This document shows, piece after piece, positions 18,556 through 28,901 of a DNA stretch of 64,000 nucleotides (position 1 is its first letter; each line of letters opens with the position of its first letter). The position numbers and the translations under genes were made by a program. Where the stretch lies: positions 1 through 64,000 of the forward strand of contig JBGTHM010000125.1 of the NCBI GenBank assembly GCA_041746255.1, given 5' to 3'. Source of the DNA: Fibrobacteria bacterium (lineage in GTDB: Bacteria; Fibrobacterota; Fibrobacteria; UBA11236). A model generated the notes under the pieces. The model was not told the DNA's origin and did no database searches. It worked only from the letters and a program-made list of their open reading frames with translations.

Positions 18556-20292
18556 ATGCGTAATATCCAGGTATTTCCAGCCTTCTCTTTGCTAATGGCT
18601 TTCTTGCCGCTCTACGCCATTATTCCCGCGCCGGGCCAGGCCGTGAGCAAGCCCAATATTCTTTTCATCACGATTGATGATTTAAGGCCCGAACTGCCCA
18701 GCTACGGTCAAGCCCATATCATCGCGCCGAATATAAGTAAATTGGCCGAGGAAGGCGTGCAATTCGACCGGCATTATGTTCAAGTGCCCACTTGTGGCGC
18801 CGCCCGTTATTCCCTGTTAAGCGGATTGCGGCCAAACTCGGCGCAATCCCGAGGTAATTCTGCTGCTACCCTGTTTCCGCGGACCAATACCGGGAAAGCC
18901 ATCTCGATACCCCACCTTTTCAAACTGAACGGATACAAAACCGTCAGCGTCGGAAAAATAACCCATAGTCCCAACGGTCGCCTGGGTGATAAAGGCGAAG
19001 GGGATTATGAATTGCCCCAGAGTTGGGATACGGCTTATCTGCCGTTGGGACAGTATGCCCATGCTTGGGATGCCATGCACGGTTATGCCGGCGGCGTACC
19101 CCGTAACCCCGGATCCTCTCCCTTGACGGAAATGGCCGACGTACCGGATGAAGGCTATCTCGATGGACTGGTAGCGCAGTCCGCAATAGCCGAATTGAAC
19201 CGTTTAAAAGCGGAGCCTTTCTTCTTGGCCGTGGGTTTTTTCAAACCGCACCTGCCCTTTGCCTGCCCCAAAAAATATTGGGATTTGTACCAAAGAAACC
19301 AGATAGAACTTTCCCCTTATAAAGAGGCCACCAAAAACGTTGATTTGGATTTGAGTTCCAATAAATCCGGTGAGTTCGGCCGATATAAAAGCCCCAGCAG
19401 CATGACCGATGCCGTGGCGCGCGAATTGCGGCATGGCTATTTCGCCTGTGTCAGCTATGTCGATTCGCAAGTCGGAAAAGTACTGGACGAAGTCAAGCGT
19501 CTGGGTTTGGAGTCCAACACGCATGTCGTACTGTGGGGAGACCACGGTTTCCACCTGGGAGATTTGGATACCTGGGCCAAACACAATGTATGGGAGTTCT
19601 CCTTGCATAGTCCCCTGATTATCAAAGGACCGGGTTTGGCTCGAGGCCGAAAGGCGCCGGGAATCGTCGAGTCCCTCGATATTTACCCCACCTTGGCGGA
19701 CTTGGCTGGTTTGACTCCGCCGGATTTAGACGGGGAGTCCTTCGCCCCTTTGCTTAAAAACCCGGCGCTGCCGGGAAAAAACGCCGCCTTCGGGTACTAC
19801 GCTCGAGGAAACAGAATGGTAGAAACCGTTCGTGATGAGCGTTACCGGTTCTCACGGTGGCGCGATGGCAATCAAGAGCTGCAAGTCGAGCTCTACGATC
19901 ATGAAACCGATCCGGGGGAAACGGTGAATGTAGCCGGAAATGCTCAACACAGCGAGACCTTGAAAAAAATGCGAGCCTTGTTGAGCGCCAATACTTCGAA
20001 GTATCCGGCGGGAAATCCGACATTCGTCCAATCCCGATTCCGTGCCCCGGAGGTTCACTTGCAAATGGATGGCGTAACCCAGTCTTCCCGGTTGCTGAAT
20101 GTACTGACTCCGGGCCGGGAAATCGTGTTACAGGCTGTGGGACGGCAGCATCCGGAGGCAACCTTCAAGGTATTCTCCCTTGCGGGGAAAGAATCCCTTC
20201 TGGTACCGGCTGCAAACGCAGCGAATACCTGGATATGGAAACCCCAAAGTCCGGGTCTGTATTTCTACCAAGTGGTCACAGGGCGCGAATAA
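18556..20292 (+). CDS. Secreted S1 sulfatase (iduronate-2-sulfatase-like) with C-terminal T9SS-like domain
   Basis: KPNILFITIDDLR, CGAAR, GKITH, VGFFKPHLPF, WGDHG. ATG 18556 precedes a signal peptide. Confidence 0.88.
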   Translation: MRNIQVFPAFSLLMAFLPLYAIIPAPGQAVSKPNILFITIDDLRPELPSYGQAHIIAPNISKLAEEGVQFDRHYVQVPTCGAARYSLLSGLRPNSAQSRGNSAATLFPRTNTGKAISIPHLFKLNGYKTVSVGKITHSPNGRLGDKGEGDYELPQSWDTAYLPLGQYAHAWDAMHGYAGGVPRNPGSSPLTEMADVPDEGYLDGLVAQSAIAELNRLKAEPFFLAVGFFKPHLPFACPKKYWDLYQRNQIELSPYKEATKNVDLDLSSNKSGEFGRYKSPSSMTDAVARELRHGYFACVSYVDSQVGKVLDEVKRLGLESNTHVVLWGDHGFHLGDLDTWAKHNVWEFSLHSPLIIKGPGLARGRKAPGIVESLDIYPTLADLAGLTPPDLDGESFAPLLKNPALPGKNAAFGYYARGNRMVETVRDERYRFSRWRDGNQELQVELYDHETDPGETVNVAGNAQHSETLKKMRALLSANTSKYPAGNPTFVQSRFRAPEVHLQMDGVTQSSRLLNVLTPGREIVLQAVGRQHPEATFKVFSLAGKESLLVPAANAANTWIWKPQSPGLYFYQVVTGRE

Positions 20293-20303
20293 GGTTCGGA
20301 TTA

Positions 20304-20482
20304 GAGTGCCTAACAGAATGGGGTTTGTAGCGAGGGCGAGCGAGGAAGTTCAGGGCGAGGCCCGAGGCCTTGAGAACCCTGAAGGCGTGGCTGGAGGCCA
20401 CGTCGATGGGTTTGAAAGGTCGAGAACGAAGCCCTGGACTTTCGTAGCCGGCCGTAGTAGAACCCCATTCTGTTAGGCACTC
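20304..20482. mobile_element. 179-bp MITE with 22-bp perfect terminal inverted repeats and TTA target duplication
   Basis: GAGTGCCTAACAGAATGGGGTT … AACCCCATTCTGTTAGGCACTC, flanked by TTA at 20301-20303 and 20483-20485. Confidence 0.8.
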
Positions 20483-20583
20483 TTAGGCATCCCAGCCCTT
20501 TTTCCTATATTTCCTCTCTTTAGGGACTTTTCACCGGAATCATCCGCCGGACCAGGAAATTCCCGCAAAAATAGAGGAAATCC

Positions 20584-21678
20584 ATGAGTCCAACCCTTAC
20601 CGCCGAAAATGTCTCCGCTACCGCCAAAGCCGCCGCTCTGGCGGAAAAAAGTCTCCGTGGCGAAGCCCTCACCCGTGAAGAAGCGCTGGGAGTGCTCAAC
20701 TGGTCCGACGACGAATTCCTCTCACTTCTGGACGCTTCCTATAAAGTGCGCCGCGCCCATTTCGGAAAAAAGGTCAAGCTCAACTTCCTGGTCAATATTC
20801 AAAGCGGCATCTGTCCGGAAGATTGCGGCTATTGTTCCCAGTCCCGCGTCTCCGACGAGCCCGTGGAAAAATACAAGATGCTCTCCGACGAAGAGGTTTT
20901 GGAAGCGGCCGCCACCGCCGTGGAACGGGGCGCGGCCCGGCTCTGCATGGTGGCCTCCATGCGCGGCCCTTCGGATCGTGATTTGAACAAGGTGGCGGAT
21001 AGCATTCGCAAAGTGAAGGAAAAATTTCCCTCCCTTGAGCTTTGCGCCTGTCTCGGGTTATTGAAAGACGGCCAGGCCAAAACCCTGGGCGATGCCGGGG
21101 TCATGGCCTATAACCATAACCTCAATACCAGCGAATCCCATTACGGAAAAGTCTGCTCCACGCATGATTTTCTCGACCGTGTCGACACCGTCGAACGTTC
21201 CAAGGCCGAAGGCCTGTCCTCCTGCTCGGGTGCTCTGTTCGGCATGGGCGAAAACCAGGAGGATATTCTGGAAGTAGCCTACCGATTACGTACCCTGAAG
21301 GTGGACTCCATTCCCGTCAATTTTCTCATTCCCTTCAAAGACACTCCGCTGGGCCATCACGAAGACTTGCAACCGATGCAATGCCTTAAGATTTTGTGCC
21401 TCTTCCGGCTGCTGTGCCCCACTTCCGAACTTCGCATCGCCGGTGGTCGCGAGTTGCATTTGCGCAGCCTGCAGCCCATGGGGCTTTTCGTCGCCAACTC
21501 CATTTTTCTGGGGGACTATTTGACTACCGAAGGCCAGGCCTCTTCGCTGGACATCCAGATGATCCGCGATTTGGGTTTTGAACCGGTGGGATTGGGACCT
21601 TCGACCGCTCCCGCCGTATCCGCTTCGCTTAAGGAAAAGGTGGTTCTCACCAGCCGCGAAGCCCGTTTGGCGCGGTAA
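20584..21678 (+). CDS. bioB: Biotin synthase
   Basis: CPEDCGYC, YNHNLNT, SIPVNFL, RIAGGRE, ANSIFLGDYLTT. Confidence 0.95.
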   Translation: MSPTLTAENVSATAKAAALAEKSLRGEALTREEALGVLNWSDDEFLSLLDASYKVRRAHFGKKVKLNFLVNIQSGICPEDCGYCSQSRVSDEPVEKYKMLSDEEVLEAAATAVERGAARLCMVASMRGPSDRDLNKVADSIRKVKEKFPSLELCACLGLLKDGQAKTLGDAGVMAYNHNLNTSESHYGKVCSTHDFLDRVDTVERSKAEGLSSCSGALFGMGENQEDILEVAYRLRTLKVDSIPVNFLIPFKDTPLGHHEDLQPMQCLKILCLFRLLCPTSELRIAGGRELHLRSLQPMGLFVANSIFLGDYLTTEGQASSLDIQMIRDLGFEPVGLGPSTAPAVSASLKEKVVLTSREARLAR

Positions 21679-22338
21679 ATGATTGCCATCATCGATTATA
21701 AAGGCGGCAATCTCACTTCGGTGCAGATGGCTTTGAGCGAAGTGGGGGAAGAATCCGTCATCACCGCGAGTCCGGATGAAATTTTCGCCGCCGACCGCGT
21801 GGTATTCCCCGGAGTAGGCGCGGCGGGCGCGGCCATGGAAGAAATTACCCGGCTCAATCTCGCTCCCGTCTTGCGGCAATACCTCGATTCGGGCCGCCCC
21901 TTTCTCGGGATTTGCGTAGGCTGCCAAATCATTCTGGAATGGAGCCTCGAAGACGACCGCACCCCTTGCTTGGGCTTTCTGCCTGGTGGCACCGGGGTTT
22001 TCGCGCCCTCGGCGGATTGTAAAGTTCCGCATATGGGCTGGAACCAGGTGAATTTCGTGCGCGAGCATCCTGTGTTAGCGGGTATACCCTCCGGATCGGA
22101 ATTTTATTTCGTGCACAGCTATTTCCCCAAGCCAGGCAGCGACCATGTCATAGGTGAAACGGGTTATGCCGGAGTGGTTTTTCCTTCCATCATCGGCAAG
22201 GACAATCTGGTTGCATGTCAATTCCATGCCGAAAAAAGCGGGCCGGTGGGCTTGCGGCTGCTGAAGAATTTCGCTTCCTGGAATGGTAGGGTGGATGCAA
22301 ATACAGATGAAGTGGCCCGGTCCGGGGGAACTTTCTGA
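21679..22338 (+). CDS. hisH: Imidazole glycerol phosphate synthase, glutaminase subunit
   Basis: [37 protein letters not shown]. Confidence 0.95.
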   Translation: MIAIIDYKGGNLTSVQMALSEVGEESVITASPDEIFAADRVVFPGVGAAGAAMEEITRLNLAPVLRQYLDSGRPFLGICVGCQIILEWSLEDDRTPCLGFLPGGTGVFAPSADCKVPHMGWNQVNFVREHPVLAGIPSGSEFYFVHSYFPKPGSDHVIGETGYAGVVFPSIIGKDNLVACQFHAEKSGPVGLRLLKNFASWNGRVDANTDEVARSGGTF

Positions 22339-23117
22339 TGCTCACCCGTCGCGTCATAGTCTGTCTCGACGTCCGCAACGGTCAGGTCACCAAAGGCGTC
22401 AAGTTCCAGGGTAACCAGGATTTGGGCGACCCGGTGGAAATGGGTCGTCGTTATTATCAGGAAGGTGTAGACGAGCTGGTGTTCTACGACATCACCGCTT
22501 CCGCCGAAAAGAGACCCATCGACATCAACATGGTGCGCAGTGTGGCTCGCAACGTTTTCATCCCCTTTTCGGTGGGGGGAGGCATCCGCCATCTCGACGA
22601 TATGCGCGAGGTGCTGCTGGCCGGAGCCGAGAAGGTGAGCCTCAACTCGCTGGCGGTGCAGAATCCCGACATCATCCGAGCCGGCGCACGCGCTTTCGGT
22701 CGCCAATGCATAGTGCTGGGAATGGACGCCAAGAAAAGCGACAATCCCAACTTCCCCTCGGGTTATGAAGTCTATATCAACGGCGGCCGCAAGGCTTATG
22801 GATTGGACGCGCTGGAATGGGCGCGTAAAGCAGAATCCCTGGGAGCAGGGGAAGTCTGCGTCAACTCCATCGACGCCGACGGCACCAAAGCCGGGTATGA
22901 AATCGAGTTGACCCGGAAAATCGCCGAAGGGGTGGAAATCCCCGTCATCGCCTCCGGCGGCGCCGGTGAGCCGGAGCATCTTGTCCAAGTCTTCCGGGAG
23001 GCTCGCGCCGATGCCGCCCTAGTCGCTTCCATGGTCCACTTCGGCACCCATTCCCTGGAAGAAATCAAAGCGCGGCTCATTGCCGAAGGTATCCCGGTTC
23101 GCGCGGCAGTATCTTAA
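22338..23117 (+). CDS. hisF: Imidazole glycerol phosphate synthase, cyclase subunit
   Basis: CLDV, GDPVE, VGGGI, SIDADGT, ASGGAG. Confidence 0.95.
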   Translation: MLTRRVIVCLDVRNGQVTKGVKFQGNQDLGDPVEMGRRYYQEGVDELVFYDITASAEKRPIDINMVRSVARNVFIPFSVGGGIRHLDDMREVLLAGAEKVSLNSLAVQNPDIIRAGARAFGRQCIVLGMDAKKSDNPNFPSGYEVYINGGRKAYGLDALEWARKAESLGAGEVCVNSIDADGTKAGYEIELTRKIAEGVEIPVIASGGAGEPEHLVQVFREARADAALVASMVHFGTHSLEEIKARLIAEGIPVRAAVS

Positions 23118-23309
23118 ATGCTGCGATTTCCAGCCATACCGGGTCAGATAATCAATCCTGAAAGACGAAGATTTGAAGTTTTTTCGATCCTAAAGGGAGC
23201 AATGGAGGAAAATTTCAACTTGTCAAGCCGTAAGGTTATTTTTTACTATAGGCTACCGGAGGACTACCGTAAACCCACCCATCTTTCTCTTTTCGAGAAG
23301 GGAATGAAA

Positions 23310-23495
23310 ATGGCAATAGTTGAAGACGGGCTTTTCCCTCGTTTATCAGGTGATGACGCCGCATTATTTCAGCAGCGGGCAAAATCCCGGCAAGAGGGCA
23401 GCAACGCCCAAGAGTTACGAAAAATCAAAGACGGCCTGAAAGAAGCTCTTGAATTCTTCAAGGATACGAATAAGGTCCGCCTCTCTAATAAGTGA
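23310..23495 (+). CDS. Small protein, probable antitoxin of the downstream GNAT
   Basis: GAAGGGA RBS, 61 aa, P.LSGDDA..F motif, GTGA overlap with the GNAT gene. Confidence 0.55.
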   Translation: MAIVEDGLFPRLSGDDAALFQQRAKSRQEGSNAQELRKIKDGLKEALEFFKDTNKVRLSNK

Positions 23496-24061
23496 GTCAA
23501 TTCATTCTATCCCGGCTTGATTGGGATGATGAAGTCGATTTCGATTGTAATGATCTTGAAATCGACGACTACTTCCAACGAGGCCGCAAATCCTCCCAGC
23601 AAAACCTGGCTTCGGTTTCGTACTGTTTAAAGACTCCTCACCAGACTGCCGTTGCGCTTTTTAGTCTAGCAAATGGGTACTTCCAGGGATTTGATGAATA
23701 TTCCAGGGGACCTTCTGTCACAATTATCGCACTTGGCGTTCACAACCAGTACCAAAACCAGGGGATCGGTCGGAATATAATAAGGTTTATCCAAGCATTC
23801 TTCGTACTCAATAACAAAACCGGATGCCGTTATATGACCGTTAGCGCGTCCAACAAGGTTGAAACCATCAGGTTCTACGAAGATTATTGCCATTTTATCA
23901 GGACAGGGGATCGGGGAATGGCTACTGTCCCGATGTACCACGATTTGATGGATACCAAAAACGCGTTGGAATTAGATCCTGAGTTGATGCGGAATTACGA
24001 AATTGCAGCCAAGCAGATCATGCATACCGGATCAACCCCTTTTGAAATTGCTGTCGCTTAG
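23492..24061 (+). CDS. GNAT acetyltransferase, probable toxin
   Basis: DFDC…IDDYF, LGVHNQYQNQGIG (acetyl-CoA loop), KTGCRYMTV, IRFYE. Confidence 0.7.
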   Translation: MSQFILSRLDWDDEVDFDCNDLEIDDYFQRGRKSSQQNLASVSYCLKTPHQTAVALFSLANGYFQGFDEYSRGPSVTIIALGVHNQYQNQGIGRNIIRFIQAFFVLNNKTGCRYMTVSASNKVETIRFYEDYCHFIRTGDRGMATVPMYHDLMDTKNALELDPELMRNYEIAAKQIMHTGSTPFEIAVA

Positions 24062-24258
24062 CTCCGCCGCTGATCAAAACGAGATTTAAGGATGGATAGA
24101 AAAATGCAGCGCCTTCCAAAATATCCAATTTTTGGGAAATAGAATCCTTCCCCCACCCGGTTCACTGACAGCTTATTCCGTATTTTTTACTCTTACGGAC
24201 CATCGCCCCGACCCTTTCCAACCGGGAAGATGGGGCCTTTTTTTAATCTGGAGCGCAC

Positions 24259-25345
24259 ATGATTGAGTTGTCGCCCGTAAAGGAGCGGATTAATCGCTTA
24301 AGGGGGTATCTTTGACATCCCCGGCAAACAAGAGCAAATAGCTCTATTGGAAAAGTCGTCCGGCGACCCGGACTTCTGGACGGACACGGTCAAGGCCCAG
24401 CGTATCCAAAAAGAGATCAAGAATTTGAAATCCTGGGTGGATGTCTGGCAAAGCCTGAAAACCCAATCTGAAGATCTGGAAGTTCTCGGACAAATGGCCG
24501 AAGAGGAAGGCGACTCCGGATCCCTCCAAGAAGTGGAGGACTCCTTAGCGAAACTGGAGGAGGCGCTTTCCGATCTCGAACTCAAGCGCATGTTGGGTGG
24601 TGAGGACGATGCGCGTCCCGCCATTTTGAGCATACATCCCGGTGCGGGCGGCACCGAGTCGCAGGACTGGGCCCTCATGCTTATGCGCATGTATTTGGCC
24701 TGGTTGAATAAAAGAGGCATGAAGTACGAAATACTGGATGAACAGCCGGGCGACGAGGCCGGAATCAAAAGCGTGACCATCGAAGTTGAGCATGAGTTCG
24801 CTTTCGGCTATTTGCGCTCCGAAATCGGCGTGCATCGTTTGGTACGTATTTCACCCTACGACTCCAATGCTCGCAGGCATACTTCTTTCGCGGCGGTGTA
24901 CGTTTACCCCGTCGTCGAAGACGTCGAATTCGACATGGACGAAAAGGATATCAAAGTCGATACTTTCCGGGCGGGCGGCGCGGGCGGCCAGCACATCAAC
25001 AAAACCGCTTCGGCCGTGCGCATGACGCATATTCCCACCGGCATCATCGCGGCTTGCCAAAGCGAGCGCAGCCAGCATAAGAACCGGGCCAACGCCATGA
25101 AAATGCTCAAAGCCAAGGTGTATCAGAAACATCGCGAAGACGAAGAGGCCAAGCGCGATGCCAAGGCCGCGTCGAAATTGAAAATCGAATGGGGCAGCCA
25201 AATCCGCTCCTATGTATTGCATCCGTACAATATGGTCAAAGACGTGCGAACCGATTATGAAACCTCCGATGCGCACGGCGTTTTGGACGGCAACCTCGAT
25301 CCCTTCATCAACGCCTATTTGCTAGCGGCTTCGGAGGTGAAATAA
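24259..25345 (+). CDS. prfB: Peptide chain release factor 2, programmed +1 frameshift
   Basis: ATG 24259; AGGGGG-TAT-CTT-TGA-C at 24301-24316; GGQ motif; SPY at the SPF position. Confidence 0.97.
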
Positions 25346-25359
25346 CACATGGAATCAGC

Positions 25360-26850
25360 ATGGAAATGAACGATCAGGTCGAGGCGCGTCTCGATAAACT
25401 CACGAAACTGAGGGAATTGGGTATCAACCCCTATCCCTATCGCTTCGACGCTACCCATAACAGCGAGGCTTTGGCGCTGGACAAAGACAAGCTGCTTGCC
25501 AGCGAAGAGCAAATCGCCTTCGCGGGACGGGTGGTGCGTTACAACCTCAAGGGCAAATTGGCCTTCGTACATTTGAAAGACGAAGGCGGGCGCCAGCAAA
25601 TCATGTTCGGTCGCGACGCCATCGGAGAAGCAGCCTTTGAACTGGTTCGACTCGTCGACATCGGCGACTGGCTGGGAGTGCGCGGGCGCATGTTCATTAC
25701 CAAAACCGGTGAGTACACCGTTCACGCCGCCCAAGTCGAATTGCTTTCCAAAGCCGTAAGGCCGCTTCCCATTCCCAAGGAAAAAATCGAAGACGGCAAG
25801 AAAATCATTTTCGACGAATTCAAGGATGTGGAAACCCGCTATCGTCAGCGTTATGTCGACCTGACTCTCAACGACCGGGTGCGCGAAACCTTCGTCAAGC
25901 GTTCGCGCATCATCCAGGCCATCCGAGAATACCTGTTGGGCCATAATTATCTCGAAGTGGAAACGCCCACCCTGCAACCGATTTACGGCGGGGCCAACGC
26001 GCGTCCCTTCATCACCCACCACAACGCCCAGGGAATGGATCTTTTCCTGCGCGTCAGCAATGAACTTTATCTTAAGCGCTGCATCGTAGGCGGATTTCCC
26101 AAGGTGTTCGAATTCGCCAAGGACTTCCGCAATGAGGGCATAGACCGCACCCACAATCCCGAATTCACCTTGCTCGAGTTTTATGAAGCCTTCGCCGATT
26201 ACGGCGATATGATGACGCATTTCGAAAACGTCTACCATGCCGCCGCCATGGCCGCCAACGGCAGCCCTAAATTCACCTATCAAGGCCGTGAAATCGACCT
26301 GACGCCGCCTTGGCCGCGCGTCACCATGAAAGAATCGCTGCGCGAACATGCCGGCTTGGACGTCGACAGCCTGAGCGACGATGCGCTGCGCGAAGAACTG
26401 CGAAAGTCCGAAGTGGAATCCAAGGGTGAGTTCCGACGTGGGCTGGCCATCAAGGCGCTCTTCGAGGCCAAATGCGAGCATAAGCTTATCCAGCCGGTTT
26501 TCATCAAGGACTTTCCCAAGGAATCGACGCCTCTGTGTAAATCACATCGTGATGACCCCGATCTGGTGGAGCAATTCGAGCCCTATATCAACGGATGGGA
26601 AGTGGGTAACGCTTATTCCGAGCTGAACGACCCCATCGTCCAACGAAAAATGCTGGAGGACCAGGTGGAACGCGGCCGCGGCGGTGAAGAAGAGACCCAT
26701 CCTCTGGACGAGGATTTTTTGCGGGCGTTGGAATACGGCATGCCGCCCACGGGAGGTGTGGGTATCGGTATCGATCGCATGGTGATGCTGCTTACCGACA
26801 GTACCAATATCAAGGACGTGCTCCTTTTCCCGCTTATGCGGCCGGAGTGA
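25360..26850 (+). CDS. lysS: Lysine-tRNA ligase (class II)
   Basis: RYRQRYVDL, GGANARPF, FRNEG, HNPEF, YGMPPTGG. Confidence 0.97.
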   Translation: MEMNDQVEARLDKLTKLRELGINPYPYRFDATHNSEALALDKDKLLASEEQIAFAGRVVRYNLKGKLAFVHLKDEGGRQQIMFGRDAIGEAAFELVRLVDIGDWLGVRGRMFITKTGEYTVHAAQVELLSKAVRPLPIPKEKIEDGKKIIFDEFKDVETRYRQRYVDLTLNDRVRETFVKRSRIIQAIREYLLGHNYLEVETPTLQPIYGGANARPFITHHNAQGMDLFLRVSNELYLKRCIVGGFPKVFEFAKDFRNEGIDRTHNPEFTLLEFYEAFADYGDMMTHFENVYHAAAMAANGSPKFTYQGREIDLTPPWPRVTMKESLREHAGLDVDSLSDDALREELRKSEVESKGEFRRGLAIKALFEAKCEHKLIQPVFIKDFPKESTPLCKSHRDDPDLVEQFEPYINGWEVGNAYSELNDPIVQRKMLEDQVERGRGGEEETHPLDEDFLRALEYGMPPTGGVGIGIDRMVMLLTDSTNIKDVLLFPLMRPE

Positions 26851-26929
26851 GGCGAGAGGGATAATGCGACTAAGCCTTGTACATTACCGGAGTCACTTCG
26901 TACCCTCCATTCGCGCGATTAAATAGCCC

Positions 26930-28177
26930 ATGAAACTTTTTGAATGGTTCATCGCCCGTAAATATTTCTGGGCTCAGCGACGTACGCTGTCTTCGGGCAT
27001 CATCGCGCTTTTCTCAGCCACCGGCGTCATGATCGGCACCTGGCTGCTTATTTTCGTCTTAAGCGCCATCAACGGATTCGAGAACGAGGTGAAGCAACAG
27101 CTCATCGGCAAGGACGCGCATATCGAAATCACCCGGCTCCAATATGAGCCCATGCGTGATTTCGACGACTTGGCCCTATCGGTGAGGGAGCACCCCCAGG
27201 TTATCGCGGCCGCGCCATTCGTAATGTCCAAGACGATTATCTCGCGCCAGAAGAATCAGGACGGCATCGTGGTTTTCGGCATCGACCTGGACCAGAGCGC
27301 CGACGTGATCAATCTCCGCGAAACGGTGAAACAGGGCGCATACGGTTTTACCGGACTTAAAGATTCGCAGGGTAAAGAGTTTCCGGGAATCATTTTGGGT
27401 TATGCCCTGGCGGATCGCCTGGACGCCGGCGTAGGCGATAAAATTTTCCTCGCCGATTTCAGCGGTTCAGGTGAATTGGGCCTGGGTAGCGTGGCTCCCA
27501 AAATATCCGTCTTTTTGGTCTCCGGCACTTTCGAATCGGGCATGTATCAATTCGACGAAACCATGGCTTATATCGACCTGGCGGAGGCCCAACAATTGTT
27601 CGGAATGCCCGACGCCGTCACCGGTTTGCAGCTGAAAGTCCGCGATCCTTATACCAGCAGCCAAGTGGCTGAGGATTTGGAGGGCAAGTTGGGTTATCCC
27701 TTCCGTGCTCTCGACTGGCAGGCCAAGAATTATACCCTCATCAAATGGATGGCCTATGAGAAAGTGCTGGTGGGGCTCGCTCTTGGAATCATCATCATCA
27801 TCGCGGCCTTCAATATCATCTCCTCTCTGGTTATGGCGGTCAACGATAAGGTGCGGGAGATAGGCATTCTGCGCGCCATGGGCGCCACGCGTTTTTCCGT
27901 CATGCGGGTATTCATCATCGAAGGCATGCTTATCGGCCTGGTGGGCTCCACCCTGGGATTGTTACTGGGATTGGCCAGTTATTTCATTCAATCGCAGTGG
28001 GGGATTATCAAGCTACCGGGAGACGTCTATTTCGTGACTACGCTGCCTGTGCAACTTAAGTTTGCCGACGTGTTGACGGTTATGCTGGTGACCAACGGCT
28101 TATGTGGAATCGCCACCATCCTGCCTGCGCTTAAAGCCTCCCGGCACGATCCCGTGGAGGCCATCCGCCATGAATAA
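26930..28177 (+). CDS. lolE: Lipoprotein-releasing ABC transporter permease LolC/E
   Basis: INGFE, AAFNII, EIGILRAMGA, PVEAIRHE. Confidence 0.88.
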   Translation: MKLFEWFIARKYFWAQRRTLSSGIIALFSATGVMIGTWLLIFVLSAINGFENEVKQQLIGKDAHIEITRLQYEPMRDFDDLALSVREHPQVIAAAPFVMSKTIISRQKNQDGIVVFGIDLDQSADVINLRETVKQGAYGFTGLKDSQGKEFPGIILGYALADRLDAGVGDKIFLADFSGSGELGLGSVAPKISVFLVSGTFESGMYQFDETMAYIDLAEAQQLFGMPDAVTGLQLKVRDPYTSSQVAEDLEGKLGYPFRALDWQAKNYTLIKWMAYEKVLVGLALGIIIIIAAFNIISSLVMAVNDKVREIGILRAMGATRFSVMRVFIIEGMLIGLVGSTLGLLLGLASYFIQSQWGIIKLPGDVYFVTTLPVQLKFADVLTVMLVTNGLCGIATILPALKASRHDPVEAIRHE

Positions 28178-28901
28178 TCTATCGGATAAGGCCATGGACC
28201 GGCCCGTCGATGAAACCATTTTGCGGCTGGAAAAAATCCATAAGGTTTTCGAGGAAACCGGAGCCCGCATCGAGCTCTTTCGCGACCTCGACTTGGAAAT
28301 CCGCGTGGGAGATTTTTTGGCCATCAAGGGCGCATCCGGTGTAGGCAAGAGCACATTGCTGCATATCGCAGGCTTGCTCGAGCATCCCACGGCGGGAAAA
28401 GTCCATTTCAAAGGGATGGACACGAGCCGGCTTAGCGACCGGAAAATCAGTTCCATTCGCAATCGCGACATCGGATTCGTCTTCCAGTTCCATCACCTGC
28501 TTCCCGATTTCACCGTTTGGGAAAATGTCCTCATGCCCAAGCGTATCTCCGGGCTTTTGCAGAAACAGGATGAGGAAAGAGCTGAATTTCTCCTGGAAAA
28601 GGTGGGCATGCAACATCGCTTGCAACACTTGCCTTCGGAACTGAGCGGGGGAGAGAGGCAGCGGGTTTCCCTGGCCCGAGCTTTGATGAATGGCCCCGGC
28701 CTGCTTTTATGCGACGAGCCGTCGGGAAACCTCGATGTCCGCAATTCGGAAATGTTGCACGCGCTGTTACTGGATTTAAACCGTGAGCTGCGGCTCGCCA
28801 TTCTGGTGGTTACCCACGATATGGGTTTGGCCGCCCTGGCACGGCACTCCTACATGATGCAAGATGGCGTGTTGGAATTGGAGCCGCGCAATGACGGCTA
28901 G
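28170..28901 (+). CDS. lolD: Lipoprotein-releasing ABC transporter ATPase
   Basis: GASGVGKS, GFVFQFHHLL, LSGGE, DEPSGNLD. Confidence 0.9.
   Translation: MNNLSDKAMDRPVDETILRLEKIHKVFEETGARIELFRDLDLEIRVGDFLAIKGASGVGKSTLLHIAGLLEHPTAGKVHFKGMDTSRLSDRKISSIRNRDIGFVFQFHHLLPDFTVWENVLMPKRISGLLQKQDEERAEFLLEKVGMQHRLQHLPSELSGGERQRVSLARALMNGPGLLLCDEPSGNLDVRNSEMLHALLLDLNRELRLAILVVTHDMGLAALARHSYMMQDGVLELEPRNDG

Noticed and set aside
23118..23303. First half of the 125-aa ORF after hisF
   Set aside because: Contains promoter-like elements; a better RBS and start lie at 23304/23310.
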